A stretch of 64,000 nucleotides of DNA, from NCBI GenBank assembly GCA_963838485.1, contig CAWIRY010000091.1, positions 128,658 through 192,657 on the forward strand, read 5' to 3'. Source of the DNA: an uncultured delta proteobacterium (GTDB lineage: Bacteria > Desulfobacterota > RBG-13-43-22). The translations under genes and the position numbers were made by a program. Below are positions 18,470 through 28,810 of this stretch, piece after piece. A model generated the notes under the pieces. That model ran no database searches. It was not told the origin of the DNA and saw nothing but the letters and a program-made list of their open reading frames with translations. Numbering within the stretch: the first letter of the stretch is position 1; the number at the start of each line of letters is the position of its first letter.

Positions 18470-19087
18470 ATGATAGTAAAGCGTAGAAAAAGTATCCAGC
18501 AGGTTCAACAGACAAATCAGGATAAACGAGTCAATATCGGTGTGAAAATCCGAGTGGACTTATGGCGGGAGTTAAGGGCACTTTCTATCAAGCAGGGTCG
18601 GTTATCCGGGGAATTGCTGGATGAGGCCATATCCGATTATCTAAAAAAAATGGATAAACTTAGCTTATCAAACCAAGATTTTAAACTACGGCTGCACCAC
18701 GTCCATATCTTTGCTTCGGACATAAGGACCACTCTTAAATTCTGGCAGGACATGTTTGGAGCCCAAATCCTTTTTGATGCAAAAATTGCCGGTGTCCGAA
18801 ATGTCATGATCGCTGTCGGTTCAGGAAGAATCAATATTTACGATCAGGTTCCACGACCAGGCGGGGGCGGTGCATATCATCATTTGGGAATAAAAACGGA
18901 TGCCCTGGAGAGTTTGATCACCCATATGGAAGAGAAAGGTTTCTCATTCCAGGGATCGGTTCGGGAATATGGTTATCTACGGTATATGATGGCAATGGCC
19001 CCGGACAACATTTTGCTTGAACTCTTCCAGATTTTACCGGAAAATGCCCCGGCCTCTTTCCAGCAGATCATAGAGGCATTTGATTAA
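18470..19087 (+). CDS. VOC/glyoxalase-family domain protein with an N-terminal ribbon-helix-helix-like basic region
   Basis: HHVHIFASDIRTTLKFWQDMFGAQILFD...GGGAYHHLGIKTD is typical of VOC (glyoxalase/bleomycin-resistance/dioxygenase) domains. Confidence 0.55.
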   Translation: MIVKRRKSIQQVQQTNQDKRVNIGVKIRVDLWRELRALSIKQGRLSGELLDEAISDYLKKMDKLSLSNQDFKLRLHHVHIFASDIRTTLKFWQDMFGAQILFDAKIAGVRNVMIAVGSGRINIYDQVPRPGGGGAYHHLGIKTDALESLITHMEEKGFSFQGSVREYGYLRYMMAMAPDNILLELFQILPENAPASFQQIIEAFD

Positions 19088-19297
19088 AAACTTTGCTCGG
19101 AGCTTATTCCCATGTTCAGGGTGTTGAACTCCCTGGGGTCACCCCCGATGTCTATGAAAAAAAATCGTTGCCATGGTAGGAAGCCCGAGAGGGGCTACGG
19201 GTTCCTTTCAAAGATAGGGTTTTTTATGAAGGGCAATCAAAGTTAGCTATTAATAACGAAATTGACTAATAAAAAATAACCAACTAAAATTGCAAAC

Positions 19298-19714
19298 ATG
19301 ACTTCTAAGGATGGGCCGGGCAACATAACCCACAAAGAAACCTCTCAGCCCGAAGGTGGGAAAGAACAGGTATATAGAGCAAGGGCTCTCCAAGATGCGA
19401 TTGATATGCGGAAGGTTGAACCTAATGGTAGTCTTGCCAATTATGATGAACAAAGCCAGAAAGAATGGTTGAGAGGTCAGGCTCCACCCGAAGACGGAAA
19501 GCTTACCTTATACAGAGCCACTCCATCTGGAGAGAAAATCAAACCGGGCGATTACGTCACAAATAGTCTGCAATACGCCAAGGATCATATAAAAAATAAT
19601 CTTGGGGGAGAAGGCAAGATAACGAAAATTGAGGCTACCCTTGATGATATTTACCCTGCCGACGGTCCGGGAGAATTTTGGTATGCCCCTATGAGCCTGG
19701 AATCCCTTAAATGA
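19298..19714 (+). CDS. Hypothetical protein (138 aa)
   Basis: ORF only. Confidence 0.4.
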   Translation: MTSKDGPGNITHKETSQPEGGKEQVYRARALQDAIDMRKVEPNGSLANYDEQSQKEWLRGQAPPEDGKLTLYRATPSGEKIKPGDYVTNSLQYAKDHIKNNLGGEGKITKIEATLDDIYPADGPGEFWYAPMSLESLK

Positions 19715-19975
19715 TCCTCCTTGAACGAATTCGCATCAGCAGGATATTTACCTGCCACCAGAGGGGCCAAGGGTTTCACCTTTTCCAACGCCCTATGGTC
19801 AAGCAAGTTAAGAATTTATTCCTTGGCCGGGTACTGGGAAGGTACGGGCGCCATTGGATTTCGAGGTTTTAAATGGCCATTTTCCTTCGCCGTTCGACAA
19901 ACTATTGCATTATTAATATAATTATAATAAGTTATTTGGGCAATAAATTCTATTAGAGTTGTTTAAGGATTCCCG

Positions 19976-20866
19976 GTGGACAAATTTAAAAAGGCTCTTG
20001 AGCATTTGAGGAAAAAGGAACTCCCGCAGGCCAAGGCTATCTTGGAAAGACTACTCCAGGAAGAGCCTAATAATGTAGAGACCCGTTACAATCTTGGCAT
20101 GATCTATACAGAATTAGGTGATCCCCAAAAAGCGGTAAATACCCTTTCAAAATTGTTAGAATGGAGAGACTGCGGCCCAAATGTTTATGTAGCCCTTGGG
20201 TTCGCCTATTCCCGTTTGCAGAATTATAAAAAGGCAAAGGAATTATTCCTTAACGCCTTGGCAATGGACCCTGATAATCCCTATGCCCACAGGAATATCG
20301 GGGGTCTATACGGTAAAGAAAACGACCATAAGAATGCTATCCTGCACCTTGAGAAAGCATTAAAGGTGAATCCAAAAGATCCGAATACCACCTATGGTCT
20401 GGGATTGTCCTGTTTTAATATAGGCGATCTTGTAAACGCTGACCACTATCTTCGACAGACCGTGGAGATAACACCAGATTCTTCCCTTGCCGAATTGGCC
20501 AAAGACCTGTTGAGGGAAATAGCGGAGCTTAATCTTAAGGAAAAAGGTTTTAGGCCCGACGCTATGTTCTATTGTATTCACGCCATGAACCTGTTTGATA
20601 GGGTCGGTCCGGCGGAGACACAAAAAATATCCTTTGAAATAGCCCTAAAGGGAAGAGAGGGGTTGGATATTAATAATCCAGAAAAAAAATATACATTAGA
20701 TTCTCTGGAAGGCACCTTCACGGGTTTGCAACTTCTTAGCTATATGTATGTTGGTTTTAAACTTATCGCCCCAGAGAAAGATATTGGGATAGACCTCTCC
20801 GAAGAGTACAATACGGCACGCAATCTTAGAAACTTAAAAGGACTAAATGGGCCTACAATTCATTGA
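19976..20866 (+). CDS. TPR-repeat protein
   Basis: Several 34-residue TPR-like repeats (e.g. RYNLGMIYTELGDPQKAVNTLSKLLE; AHRNIGGLYGKENDHKNAILHLEKALKVNP). Confidence 0.7.
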   Translation: MDKFKKALEHLRKKELPQAKAILERLLQEEPNNVETRYNLGMIYTELGDPQKAVNTLSKLLEWRDCGPNVYVALGFAYSRLQNYKKAKELFLNALAMDPDNPYAHRNIGGLYGKENDHKNAILHLEKALKVNPKDPNTTYGLGLSCFNIGDLVNADHYLRQTVEITPDSSLAELAKDLLREIAELNLKEKGFRPDAMFYCIHAMNLFDRVGPAETQKISFEIALKGREGLDINNPEKKYTLDSLEGTFTGLQLLSYMYVGFKLIAPEKDIGIDLSEEYNTARNLRNLKGLNGPTIH

Positions 20867-21653
20867 TGCGGTTTACTCAATTCTTGATAAGGTAAAGCAA
20901 GAGACCGGGAAGGGTTTTGAATATATAGAGAAGGATGACCTTCCCACGCTCGCAGGTCTGAAGATGGCCCGGAAGAATATGCCTTCTCATATCATCGTTT
21001 ATCGCAGCGAATATGATGAGATCATTAACCACCTTGTGGCCCATGAATGCGGCCATATACTGAGGATGTTTAAAACGCCGGAAGAAAAGAGACTCATTCC
21101 TTTTTCTGATAATACAATAAAACTTGCAGCACTGGGCCAGATCGAAACCGAGATAACCGATATCTCACATATATTGCCTCTCGATAAACTCGCTCACATA
21201 GTAAATTTGTGGTATGAAGGGACGATTAGACAGGTAACTAACCAGCCTCCTGACATCATGATCGAGAAATGGTTGTTTGATGATTATCCGGCACTCCGCC
21301 CATTCCAGAGAAAATCCATCGAGAAGCAGCTAAACGAATCCCTGGCAGGGCTCAAAGACGAGGTGAAGCAGATAACACCCAAGACTATCCTGGATGCTTC
21401 TAACATTATGAATTATGTCTTCTTCCGACTCCTGGGGCTCCACCTCGGTACGAATTATATCCGACCGTACAATAACACCACATACATAAACCGGGGGAAA
21501 GAACTAACTGCCATCACAGAAAAGGAATATGTGAACACCTATGAAGGTGACATACAAATGGCAAACAGATGGGCTCAGTTCCTGGGATTAGCCAATTGGT
21601 TCAAGTGGATAGATTTTGAGGATACACCCAAGGGCTATATCCAGCAATTTTGA
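20847..21653 (+). CDS. Hypothetical protein with an HExxH motif (putative zinc metallopeptidase); overlaps the TPR gene stop
   Basis: HLVAHECGHILRMF. Confidence 0.4.
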   Translation: MGLQFIDAVYSILDKVKQETGKGFEYIEKDDLPTLAGLKMARKNMPSHIIVYRSEYDEIINHLVAHECGHILRMFKTPEEKRLIPFSDNTIKLAALGQIETEITDISHILPLDKLAHIVNLWYEGTIRQVTNQPPDIMIEKWLFDDYPALRPFQRKSIEKQLNESLAGLKDEVKQITPKTILDASNIMNYVFFRLLGLHLGTNYIRPYNNTTYINRGKELTAITEKEYVNTYEGDIQMANRWAQFLGLANWFKWIDFEDTPKGYIQQF

Positions 21654-21839
21654 TTATATACGGTCCGTTTTTAAAATTGTTGCATTAAATCTCTTCATGG
21701 GATCGGTTAAAAATTATGGGATACCGAATATTACATTGCGGCAATTCTTTAGAAAACTATAGGCTGTGTCTTGAAAATAAAGTCGCTGGATTTCTCATGA
21801 GAGTGGTGTATATCTTCAGACCTTTTTGGACAGATTTTG

Positions 21840-22856
21840 TCATAGCGAGTTTGCACTTTGATACTGATCTGAGCCATCATTGTTAATCCCATTGCCGTAT
21901 AAATTGTACTGTTTCCTCCGCTGCATGGTCAATTGTTTTTTTTCTTTTCTCTTCTGTAGAATGGCCTCCTTTCTTCCCGCATAGACATCATTGGGGGATA
22001 CGTTGTTCAATGCTTCATGCGGGGTAGCGTTATAGATTGCTATGGCCTCATCAATTGCCTTTTTGAGCTCATCGGGAGAGCAGTAAACCATAAGGCATAG
22101 CTTCTCCTTGATCCTCCGATTGAATCGCTCAATCTTCCCTCTGCCCTGAGGATGATATGGGGTGCCGAAGATATGTCTTATCCCATGGACGTCCAGATAC
22201 CCGGCAAGGACCTTTGAGGCAAAGCCTGAGCCATTGTCTGTGTAAAGTTTCGGCATGGCGGCAACCAGATGCCCTTCTCTTCTGGCGTTCTCTATGCCCA
22301 TCTCCATTATGTCCGATACGCTGAATCCTGTTTCATCAGGCCGTAAGTCATGAGCTATTATTTTTCGTGAGTAATCATCCTCAACAGGGATGAGCTTGTA
22401 GTATCCCCATCCTATGACAAAAAGGCTTGTTCCGTCACACTGCCAAAGTTCATCAGGATGAGCGGTCTTATGCCTCCACTGTTTCTCAGCCGGCATCTCC
22501 GGAAGTGGACGGGGAGCTATCAGGTTATTGTCCCTCAGTATCCGATAGACCGTTGATTCTGACACTGAGAAGACCTCTTCATCGCTGATCTTCACAGCCA
22601 GAAGCCTTGGAGAAAGCTCTGGAGTAAGGCGAGCAATTTCAAGCACCTGCTCGACCTCAACCGCTCTCAGTCGGTTCCATATACGTTTGGCTGAGGGTTT
22701 TGTCTTGGTAACGCCTTCTATCCCCTGTGACTGATAGGCCTTCCGCCAGGTGTAATAGGTAGACCTTGGTATATCCAGGTCTCTGAGCGCCTCACCCTTC
22801 TTGCCTTCCTGCTTCTCTATCTTCACGATCAGATCCTCTCTGCTCTTCCCATCCAT
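21840..22856 (-). CDS. IS3-family transposase OrfB (HTH plus DDE integrase core, rve)
   Basis: D...D...E core: LWQCDGT, YTDNGSGFAS, PYHPQGRGKIERF. Confidence 0.85.
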   Translation of the reverse strand: MDGKSREDLIVKIEKQEGKKGEALRDLDIPRSTYYTWRKAYQSQGIEGVTKTKPSAKRIWNRLRAVEVEQVLEIARLTPELSPRLLAVKISDEEVFSVSESTVYRILRDNNLIAPRPLPEMPAEKQWRHKTAHPDELWQCDGTSLFVIGWGYYKLIPVEDDYSRKIIAHDLRPDETGFSVSDIMEMGIENARREGHLVAAMPKLYTDNGSGFASKVLAGYLDVHGIRHIFGTPYHPQGRGKIERFNRRIKEKLCLMVYCSPDELKKAIDEAIAIYNATPHEALNNVSPNDVYAGRKEAILQKRKEKKQLTMQRRKQYNLYGNGINNDGSDQYQSANSL

Positions 22857-22876
22857 CTTCCGGTACCAGCCTTCCG

Positions 22877-23257
22877 CTACGGATTCAGACTTTTTTTAAA
22901 AAGCTGCAGATGCAGGGCCTGTTCTCCTACCAGCTCTTTCAGCCTGCCGTTTTCTGACCGGAGTTCCTTGACTTCAATATTGTTTGCCTCTCTCAGGCTG
23001 TCACCCTTAAGGCGCGCCTTGCCTGCTTCCATGAAATCCTTGAGCCATGAATAGTAAAGGGCAGATGAAATGCCCTCTCTTCTACAGAGGTCTGAGATGG
23101 GTTGTTCCTTTCGGAATCCTTCAAGTACAATCCTGATCTTGTCTTCTGAGGAGAACTTCCTGCGGTTCTTAGTCCGAATTTCCCTGATGAGTTTTGCCGC
23201 GCTTCCCTGCGGTGCTCTTTCTTCCTGATCCACTTTCTGGGCGATTGCTGTTTCCAT
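22877..23257 (-). CDS. IS3-family transposase OrfA (HTH, leucine zipper)
   Basis: 126-aa ORF. Its 3' end contains the slippery heptamer A AAA AAG (rc of 22880-22892) used for the programmed -1 frameshift into orfB. Confidence 0.8.
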   Translation of the reverse strand: METAIAQKVDQEERAPQGSAAKLIREIRTKNRRKFSSEDKIRIVLEGFRKEQPISDLCRREGISSALYYSWLKDFMEAGKARLKGDSLREANNIEVKELRSENGRLKELVGEQALHLQLFKKSLNP

Positions 23258-23399
23258 CCTCTTGTTCCTTTCTATGGCTATTTAAATTATAGCCACTTTT
23301 GCCCAGACCAGCTATCTAAATGCAAACTCCTTTAATGCTAACTTTGTCCAATCGTGGCTGAAGACGCACACTTTAAAAAAATGTCTTCAACGGGCTTTT

Positions 23400-24575
23400 A
23401 TGGCTGCGAAGAGTGATGCTAATATTCTAATAACAGGCAAAACAGGTACTGGTAAGGAACTTTTAGCAGATTTTATTTTTAAAAATAGTGATTGTTCAAA
23501 AAAAGTCTTCATGAAACTTAATTGTGGAGGTTTCACCGAAACTTTAGCTGAAAGTGAGCTCTTTGGTCATGTAAAAGGTGCCTTTACCGGTGCCCATATA
23601 GATAAACAAGGTATATTAGAAAAGGTCAATGGAGGGATTTTATTTTTAGACGAAATTGGTGATCTGCCTTTATCAATTCAAGTTAAACTTCTTCGAGTGT
23701 TAGTGGTGGGCAAATTTAACAAGGTTGGGAGTACTAAGGTAATTGAAACAAAATTTCGTCTCTTATCTGCGACAAATCAAGACCTTGAAAAAATGGTTGA
23801 AGAGAAACGATTTCGGTCTGACTTGCTATATCGTATTAATGCGGTAACAATTAATCTACCATCTTTAAAATCTCGTAGAGAAGATATTGCAGAATTAGTT
23901 AGTTATTTCTTAAAAAAAGAAATGAAAAATGGAAAACGGATAAAGGTCAATGAGGATTTTTATAAACCCTTAAAAATTTATCATTGGCCTGGGAATATCA
24001 GGGAACTTAAAAATGTCATTAAGAATGTTTTATTAATGAACGACAATGATAAAGAGCTATGTTATTTTCACCTTCCGAAAGCAATCTATTCAGCTTTTAC
24101 AATTTTTAATGAAGTTCTCTCAGATATTTATCTGAATTTTCATTGGTCTAACATGATTTCGAGTTTGTATAGATATAACAGGCTCATAGATTACCTGTTA
24201 GATGAAAATGTAGATGAGATAGAGAGCAATCAAGATATAAAAACAGATACCGTGGTAGACATATTTAAAGAATTAGCAAAAAATATATCTGATAATAATG
24301 AGATTAATGAAGGTCCTATAACGGCACAAGAACCCACTGACACCCAAACAGAAATCGAAAAACCATTGCCACAAATTCCATTTAATGAAGATGGTAAAGA
24401 GATATCCTTAAAAGAAAAAAAAACTAATACTGAGAAGAAAGAATTGGAAGAGCTTGCGGAAAGATACCATTATAATATTAAAAAAATAGCAGAAATCTAT
24501 GGACAATCACCTCCTACTGTTTATAGAAAACTAAAAAAATATGGAATACCCACAAAACCAAAATTCGAAGATTAA
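23400..24575 (+). pseudogene. Sigma54-dependent transcriptional activator truncated at its N-terminus by the IS3 insertion; atypical long C-terminus
   Basis: The ORF starts 30 bp after the IS end, directly at Walker A (ILITGKTGTGKE). GAFTGA (KGAFTGA) and a C-terminal HTH (IAEIYGQSPPTVYRKLKKYGI) are present; the receiver or sensor domain is missing. Confidence 0.7.
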
Positions 24576-24745
24576 TAATATTTTATTGATTTATTTTTTA
24601 TACGATAAAAAATCTAATTTTTAATAATATTTTATCATCTAAACTGAATAAGTCCTGCCTGCCACGACTCTAAAACTCATCAAAAAACCTCCGCATTCAC
24701 TAACTTATTAATATAATTAATTAATTTTAATGTGACGTATATGGC

Positions 24746-25153
24746 ATGGTGTCTGCATATATTTATTGCATGACCAGAGCCGACCTTGAAGATATGCTTG
24801 GACGATCCATAATACCCCAAGAATTGGCTGATTTTCTGGGTGTTGACCGTCGGACTATTATCAAGTATGCTTCTTACTGGGGTGGTGTGGAAGTCACACC
24901 CGGTACCTATCGGTTCTTTGAAAACAGAATAATGGAGGTCCTCAATGCCGAGCAAAATAAAGAAAAGAGGAATATCGAGATATCGGGCCAGCGTAACCAT
25001 CCAAGGTCAGACCCGGCAAAAGGTTTTCCAAGACGAGAGCAAAAGCTCTTACAAGGAGGCCCTAATTTGGGAAAAAGAAACAAAAAAAGACCTGGAGAAG
25101 GCACTATCCCAGATAAATTCGGTATCTTTGAAACTGGTTCAATGGTCCAATGA
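24746..25153 (+). CDS. Excisionase/AlpA-like HTH DNA-binding protein, copy A; the real stop is probably before the int start, since the C-terminal overlap is out of frame
   Basis: LADFLGVDRRTIIKYASYWGGVEVTPGTYRFFENRIMEVLN; the copy-B paralog is at 40695-41078. Confidence 0.55.
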   Translation: MVSAYIYCMTRADLEDMLGRSIIPQELADFLGVDRRTIIKYASYWGGVEVTPGTYRFFENRIMEVLNAEQNKEKRNIEISGQRNHPRSDPAKGFPRREQKLLQGGPNLGKRNKKRPGEGTIPDKFGIFETGSMVQ

Positions 25154-26096
25154 ATATTTAACAGAAGCTGAAAATCGATTCGTAAAGAACACCTTCCTTC
25201 AAAAGAAGGTAACGTTTAAACGATTCTTCGAGGATACTGGGTTTCAGCCTGAATTTCTGGTTCAAGATTTGACGATAACCATCTGTAGAAGTTTTCTTTT
25301 AAAACAGTCGAGGGAGAGATCAGGTTATGCCGCTAACAAGGACAGAAAAAACCTTGGAGCGGCATGGCGCTGGGGTTCTGAAAATATGGAGGGTTGGCCC
25401 AAGGGTGTTAATCCCTTCCTGTCAATTAAAAAGTATCCAGAAGAGCGACAACCGAGATATGTTCCTCCGGAAGAAGACTTTTGGAAGGTATATGACCAGG
25501 CAGAAGGTCAAGACAAGGTAATGCTGTTGACGTTCCTTCATTTGGCAGCCAGGAAGTCCGAGGTGTTTCGGATCAAATGGTCGGATGTAGATTTTCCAAA
25601 CAAAAAAATTCGCCTTTGGACCCAGAAACGCGAAGGTGGTCATAAAGAATATGATTGGTTGCCCATGACCTCGGATCTGAAACAAGCCCTGCTTCAATGG
25701 TGGCAGGAACGATTGAAACAGTCCACCATTGACAAGGAACATGTCTTTGTCTGTCTGGAAGAAGCCCCTTTTTGTGAAGAGTATTTTGGAAAGCCCTTTA
25801 AAAGAAGACAACTTTTCATGGAGCGCCTATGCACCAAAGCGGGAGTTATCCCTTTTGGGTTCCATGGAATCAGGCATTTGACTGCTTCGATTCTCTATCA
25901 AAAAGGATATCCTTTGTCAGTTATTCAAACGATCTTGCGTCATGCCAGTCCCAATACGACGGCACGCTATATACACAGTCTGGGATTGGAAGAAACAAGG
26001 GGAGCACTTGAGGAAGGTCTTAAAGGGCCAGCTCAAGTGATCGAGTTGAAGAAGGCAAAAAGTTGGATAAAAAAAGCCCCCGAGGCTCATCCCTGA
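24945..26096 (+). CDS. Tyrosine integrase, copy A (N-terminal arm-type domain, core-binding domain and catalytic domain)
   Basis: 383 aa with catalytic residues in ...FGFHGIRHLTASILYQKGYPLSVIQTILRHASPNTTARYIHSL. It is about 93% identical in protein to copy B (39752-40903, opposite strand). Confidence 0.9.
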   Translation: MPSKIKKRGISRYRASVTIQGQTRQKVFQDESKSSYKEALIWEKETKKDLEKALSQINSVSLKLVQWSNEYLTEAENRFVKNTFLQKKVTFKRFFEDTGFQPEFLVQDLTITICRSFLLKQSRERSGYAANKDRKNLGAAWRWGSENMEGWPKGVNPFLSIKKYPEERQPRYVPPEEDFWKVYDQAEGQDKVMLLTFLHLAARKSEVFRIKWSDVDFPNKKIRLWTQKREGGHKEYDWLPMTSDLKQALLQWWQERLKQSTIDKEHVFVCLEEAPFCEEYFGKPFKRRQLFMERLCTKAGVIPFGFHGIRHLTASILYQKGYPLSVIQTILRHASPNTTARYIHSLGLEETRGALEEGLKGPAQVIELKKAKSWIKKAPEAHP

Positions 26097-26164
26097 GAAC
26101 ATTTTGTGTCCTGATTTGTGTCCGAGGTTATAGAATGGAAGTTATGATTTGTAACCTTATGATT

Positions 26165-26674
26165 TTATTTGATGTCCCTAACTGAAATGAACCCCCTGTT
26201 ACCGACTTCCGGAAGCACGCCCAGGTCTTCGGCCGTGGCCCGGTTAAGCGGAATGGGTCGACCGAGAATCCACAGGGCTTTCCCCGAGAGGGGGCTTTGC
26301 TGGAGGAAAACCTCTCCGTTATCTTTTTGAAGTACCGTGAGGGACAAATCGCTCTCTATGACCATGGTTGCTGCGGTCGCGGCAAGTCCCCGGTTCTGCC
26401 TAAGCCCTCCGGCATCCTGAATCACCTGTTGAACCGTCGGCGGCTGAGAATAGCTGAGGAGACCTGGCCTTTTGACCTTACCCTTTAGTTCAATGGTTAT
26501 TCTTTTTTCGAACCGTGGATTATGAATCGCCAAGTCTGCTTTTTGGCCTAATCTCCAATATTGAAAACCTAAAAAAACAAAAATCAACAGCGAAAAAAGA
26601 AAGAGTCCTTTTTGTTGGGCCCGGGTTAATTGAGGAATGGGGTAGTGCTTGAGAGTGCTTGGCATTTTAAACAA
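26165..26674 (-). CDS. ComEA-like protein (TM anchor, SLBB domain and the start of an HhH motif), C-terminally truncated at the integrase-element junction
   Basis: KVKRPGLLSYSQPPTVQQVIQDAGGL (SLBB) and IPLNRATAEDLGVLPEVG (HhH start). The last 12 codons (GNRGFISVRDIK*) are encoded inside the sequence shared with copy B. Confidence 0.6.
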   Translation of the reverse strand: MFKMPSTLKHYPIPQLTRAQQKGLFLFSLLIFVFLGFQYWRLGQKADLAIHNPRFEKRITIELKGKVKRPGLLSYSQPPTVQQVIQDAGGLRQNRGLAATAATMVIESDLSLTVLQKDNGEVFLQQSPLSGKALWILGRPIPLNRATAEDLGVLPEVGNRGFISVRDIK

Positions 26675-26782
26675 ATTAGAGCCTCTGGCTTAATCCAAGT
26701 TTGATACTGGATACTTGATCCTGGGTTCTGGATATAGAAATCTTGGTTTTGTCCTGTATCCGGCATCCCGTATCTGTGTTCG

Positions 26783-26977
26783 TTAATCTTCCCAATGAAT
26801 ACAACTCACCGGGCAGGTTTCTATGGCCTCGTTGATTTTTTCTTCCGTACAACCAGAAAAGTTGATAACTTGTGCTTTTTCAAGGCTTTCATTTAAGACA
26901 AAGACCTGGGGACAGATCTCCACACAGCTTCCACAGCCCACGCAGTCTTCGGTTTCAATCACAGGAATGGATACCAT
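26783..26977 (-). CDS. 4Fe-4S ferredoxin (64 aa)
   Basis: CVGCGSCVEICP plus a second CTEE...CPVSC cluster. Confidence 0.8.
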   Translation of the reverse strand: MVSIPVIETEDCVGCGSCVEICPQVFVLNESLEKAQVINFSGCTEEKINEAIETCPVSCIHWED

Positions 26978-27041
26978 ACTTGATGTTGAGTTTTGAGTTC
27001 GGGTTTCGGAGTTCTAAGTAATTCTTCCTAACTCCGAACTC

Positions 27042-28638
27042 CTAACTAATCACTCCGAACTTATTTTTCTTTTCTTCCTTATACAGTTTGTAAGTAATGC
27101 TGTCCACCAGGGCCTGCCAGGAGGCCTCAAAAATATCGGTGGAGACCCCGACCGTTCCCCATTTGTCCTCCTGGTCCCCTGATTCGATCAACACCCTGAC
27201 CCGGGCGGCGGTTCCTTCCACGCTGGAGAGGACCCGGACTTTATAATCGTCTAAGCGCATCTCCTTCAGTTCCGGGTAAAAACGCTCCAAGGCTTTGCGC
27301 AGGGCATTGTCTAAGGCATTGACCGGACCGTTGCCGATGGCGGCCGTATGTTCGACCCGGCCTCCGACCTTGACCATAATGGTGGCCTCGGCCATGGGCG
27401 GCTGGTCTTCTTTGGCCTTGTGGTCCATGACCCGAAATCCCAATAATTGAAAATACCTTTTCTGAGTCCCTAAGGCCCGATTCATGAGCAGCTCGAAGGA
27501 GCCTTCGGCCCCTTCGAATTGGAAGCCCTGATGTTCCAAAACCTTAAGCTGGGAAAGGATCTTTAAGACCGCCGGATCCTTGCTGCTGACATCCAGGCCG
27601 TATCCCTTGGCCTTGGAAAGGATGTTGCTCCTGCCGGCCAGTTCCGAAATAAGGATCCCTCTGCACATTCCCCACCAACTCGGGACGGATGTGCTCATAG
27701 GTTTCCGGGTTTTTGGAAACGGCACTGACATGGATTCCTCCCTTATGGGAAAAGGCACTGGCCCCTACATAAGGTTGATATTTATTGTGACGCACATTGG
27801 CCAATTCGTTTACAAACCGCGAGACCTCGCTGATCATCCTGAGCCGAGCGGGACTCAAGACCGGCATCCCCAGTTTCAATTGCAGGTTGGGGATGATGGT
27901 ACAAAGGTTGGCATTGCCGCAGCGGTCCCCGAAACCGTTGATCGTCCCCTGGACATGGGCGATCCCTGATTCCACGGCCGCCATGACATTAGCCACCGAA
28001 CAGTCGCAGTCATTGTGGGCGTGAATCCCCAGGGGAAAGCCTTTGACTTCTTTTTTTACCGCCTGGATGATCGGGATCAAACGGCCGGGCAAGGTCCCGC
28101 CGTTGGTATCGCAAAGGACCAGGCAATCCACCTTGGAGCGCATCGCCGCCTTAAGAGTGGCCAGGGCGTATTCCGGGTTGGCCTGATAACCATCGAAAAA
28201 ATGTTCGGCGTCGTAAAAAAGCTTACTGACTTTAGGCCGGACCAGGGAAAGGGAATCTTCGATAATCCGGAGGTTTGTTTCTAAAGACACCCGTAAGGCA
28301 TCCCGAACATGAACGTCCCAACTCTTGCCGAAGATGGTGATGACCGGGGTTTGGGCCTGAAGCAAGGCCTTCAGGTTGGGGTCTTTCTCCGGTTGGGTTT
28401 TCGGATTATGGGTACTGCCAAAGGCCGCCAACCGGGCCTGTTTCAGGGAGACTTCCTTCATGGCTTGAAAAAATTCCACGTCCTTGGGATTGGAGCCCGG
28501 CCAGCCCCCTTCAATATAAGACAAGCCGAGTTCATCCAATTTTTTTGCAATTCGGATTTTATCCTCTACCGATAAATTAAAATCTTCGGCCTGGGTTCCG
28601 TCCCGAAGGGTACAATCATAGATTTCGATGGGCTTCAT
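27042..28638 (-). CDS. Citramalate synthase / 2-isopropylmalate synthase family enzyme (CimA/LeuA-like), interrupted by a frameshift near 27655-27662
   Basis: The N-terminal ORF (27544-28638) has a DRE-TIM HMGL-like domain (YDCTLRDGTQ...HAHND). The C-terminal ORF (27042-27758) has a LeuA_dimer regulatory domain. The junction reads ...PELVGNVQR | ILISELAGRS.... Confidence 0.8.
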
Positions 28639-28810
28639 GATTTTCTATTATGTTGAGTTATGGTACAAGGTACAAGGTTTACGGTACAGGGCACACGGCT
28701 CATGGTTAAGGTCTTCTATATGGTGGTGATGCTTTGGATTTTAGCCCCGCACCTTAAACCGTACACCTTACACCTCGTTCCTTGCACCTTGAACCTTTAG
28801 CCTTGCGCCT

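Larger units (their letters stand above)
21807..23370 (-). mobile_element. IS3-family insertion sequence (about 1.56 kb) with imperfect terminal inverted repeats that begin TGT
   Basis: The left end is tgtatatcttcagacctttttggacag (21807-). The rc of the right end is tgtgcgtcttcagccacgattggacaa (ends 23370). It carries orfA and orfB with an A7G slippery site. Confidence 0.75.

Noticed and set aside
24945-25153. Fusion of the HTH/Xis ORF with the integrase via a frameshift
   Set aside because: The integrase is already full-length, with its own arm-binding N-terminus and a start codon; the Xis ORF probably ends earlier than the track suggests.
14301-26204. Reading the whole of 14.3-26.2 kb as one intact integrative element with a tRNA attL and a comEA attR
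   Set aside because: The two ends do not share a direct repeat beyond an 8-mer (ttgaaccc). The region more likely combines at least two insertion events, so it is reported as separate observations.
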